Below are positions 63,315 through 64,000 of a DNA stretch of 64,000 nt, in pieces (positions within the stretch are counted from its first letter, which is position 1; each line of letters starts with the position of its first letter). Below the pieces are notes generated by a model that ran no database searches, had not been told where the DNA came from, and saw nothing but the letters and a program-made list of their open reading frames with translations. A program made the translations under genes and the position numbers. Source of the DNA: Isurus oxyrinchus (taxonomy: Eukaryota); the NCBI GenBank assembly GCA_026770705.1, contig JANJGN010000150.1:620001-684000 (forward strand), in the 5' to 3' direction.

Positions 63315-64000
63315 GTACAGGAGCTGTTTACGCTCACTCCAAAGCTTCAACCTCAGTGTGTAGACAACACGTGTCCCAGATTCCCAGCCCAGTTATCCAC
63401 TGATTTGTACCTGTGGAGTCAGCAATGGTTCAGTATCATGCTGTCTCTCTGTTATAACACAGCAACTGGTAAAGGCTGTTGTTTAAAATCCCAGAGGGAA
63501 ACTTTAAACAACTGTCATAACCTATATTTCCCAGTGGAATGTTTGAGATGCAGCTCTAAATTCAGGAATAAGACCACCAGTTCTTGAGTTGGTTTTATTT
63601 CAATCATCATGAGATATTTATTAATTTAGACAAGTTTAACATATACACACGGCTACAACCAATATGATCATAACTGTTGAACAAATTCTAAAGCTTACCT
63701 CCTCTAAGACAACCCATAGAATTTAAGCAGACACCAGGCAAAGCATGTTCACCTCACAAATTCCAAATGAGGTTCCTTTCACTTTGGTTCCTTTGCAGAC
63801 AGGTGTAGGCTTACAGCTGCTTTGATGTTACAAGCGTCTGCTCTGCACACACAAAACTGCTCAAGTTAAACCTAACGCTTCTCTTTGAATGTAAATTCTC
63901 ATTGTATCATCAGGACCTTTGATCTCCACCTCTTCTAACAATAAATCCCCTTTCATTGCATCAAATTTATCAATAATATAAATGTTGATTGGTTTAAGAT

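Overview
Vertebrate genomic DNA, probably a cartilaginous fish judging by the CR1/L2 LINE fragments, SINE relics and 33-/37-bp minisatellites. It holds a segmentally duplicated cluster of Siglec-like (CD22/MAG/CD33-type) Ig receptor genes. I reconstructed three genes by hand from AG/GT boundaries and exon phases. All three share an identical leader peptide (MIGKSYFLLSLLQ) and two tandem V-set exons, but each has a different signalling end. Gene A (minus, ~19.9-6.6 kb) is L-V1-V2-C-(frameshifted C2)-C2-TM with a tyrosine tail (VYEN, LYAN, SVYGNL ITIM). Gene B (plus, ~32.6-42.3 kb) is L-V1-(dead V2)-C-(truncated C2), then a TM with an intramembrane Arg and a ~12-aa Tyr-free tail, i.e. activating type. 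Gene C (plus, ~45.8-62 kb and beyond) is L-V1(essential Arg->Met)-V2-[N gap]-TM with a TEYAQI ITSM tail and a duplicated tail module. Three further ITSM terminal exons lie orphaned on the minus strand at 25-31.5 kb. Together this looks like a paired activating/inhibitory Siglec-like receptor system with CDR-like loop diversity, gene conversion and a V2-specific extra Cys. Most long ORFs in the supplied track are repeat or N-run artefacts. All exon models are predictions without transcript support.
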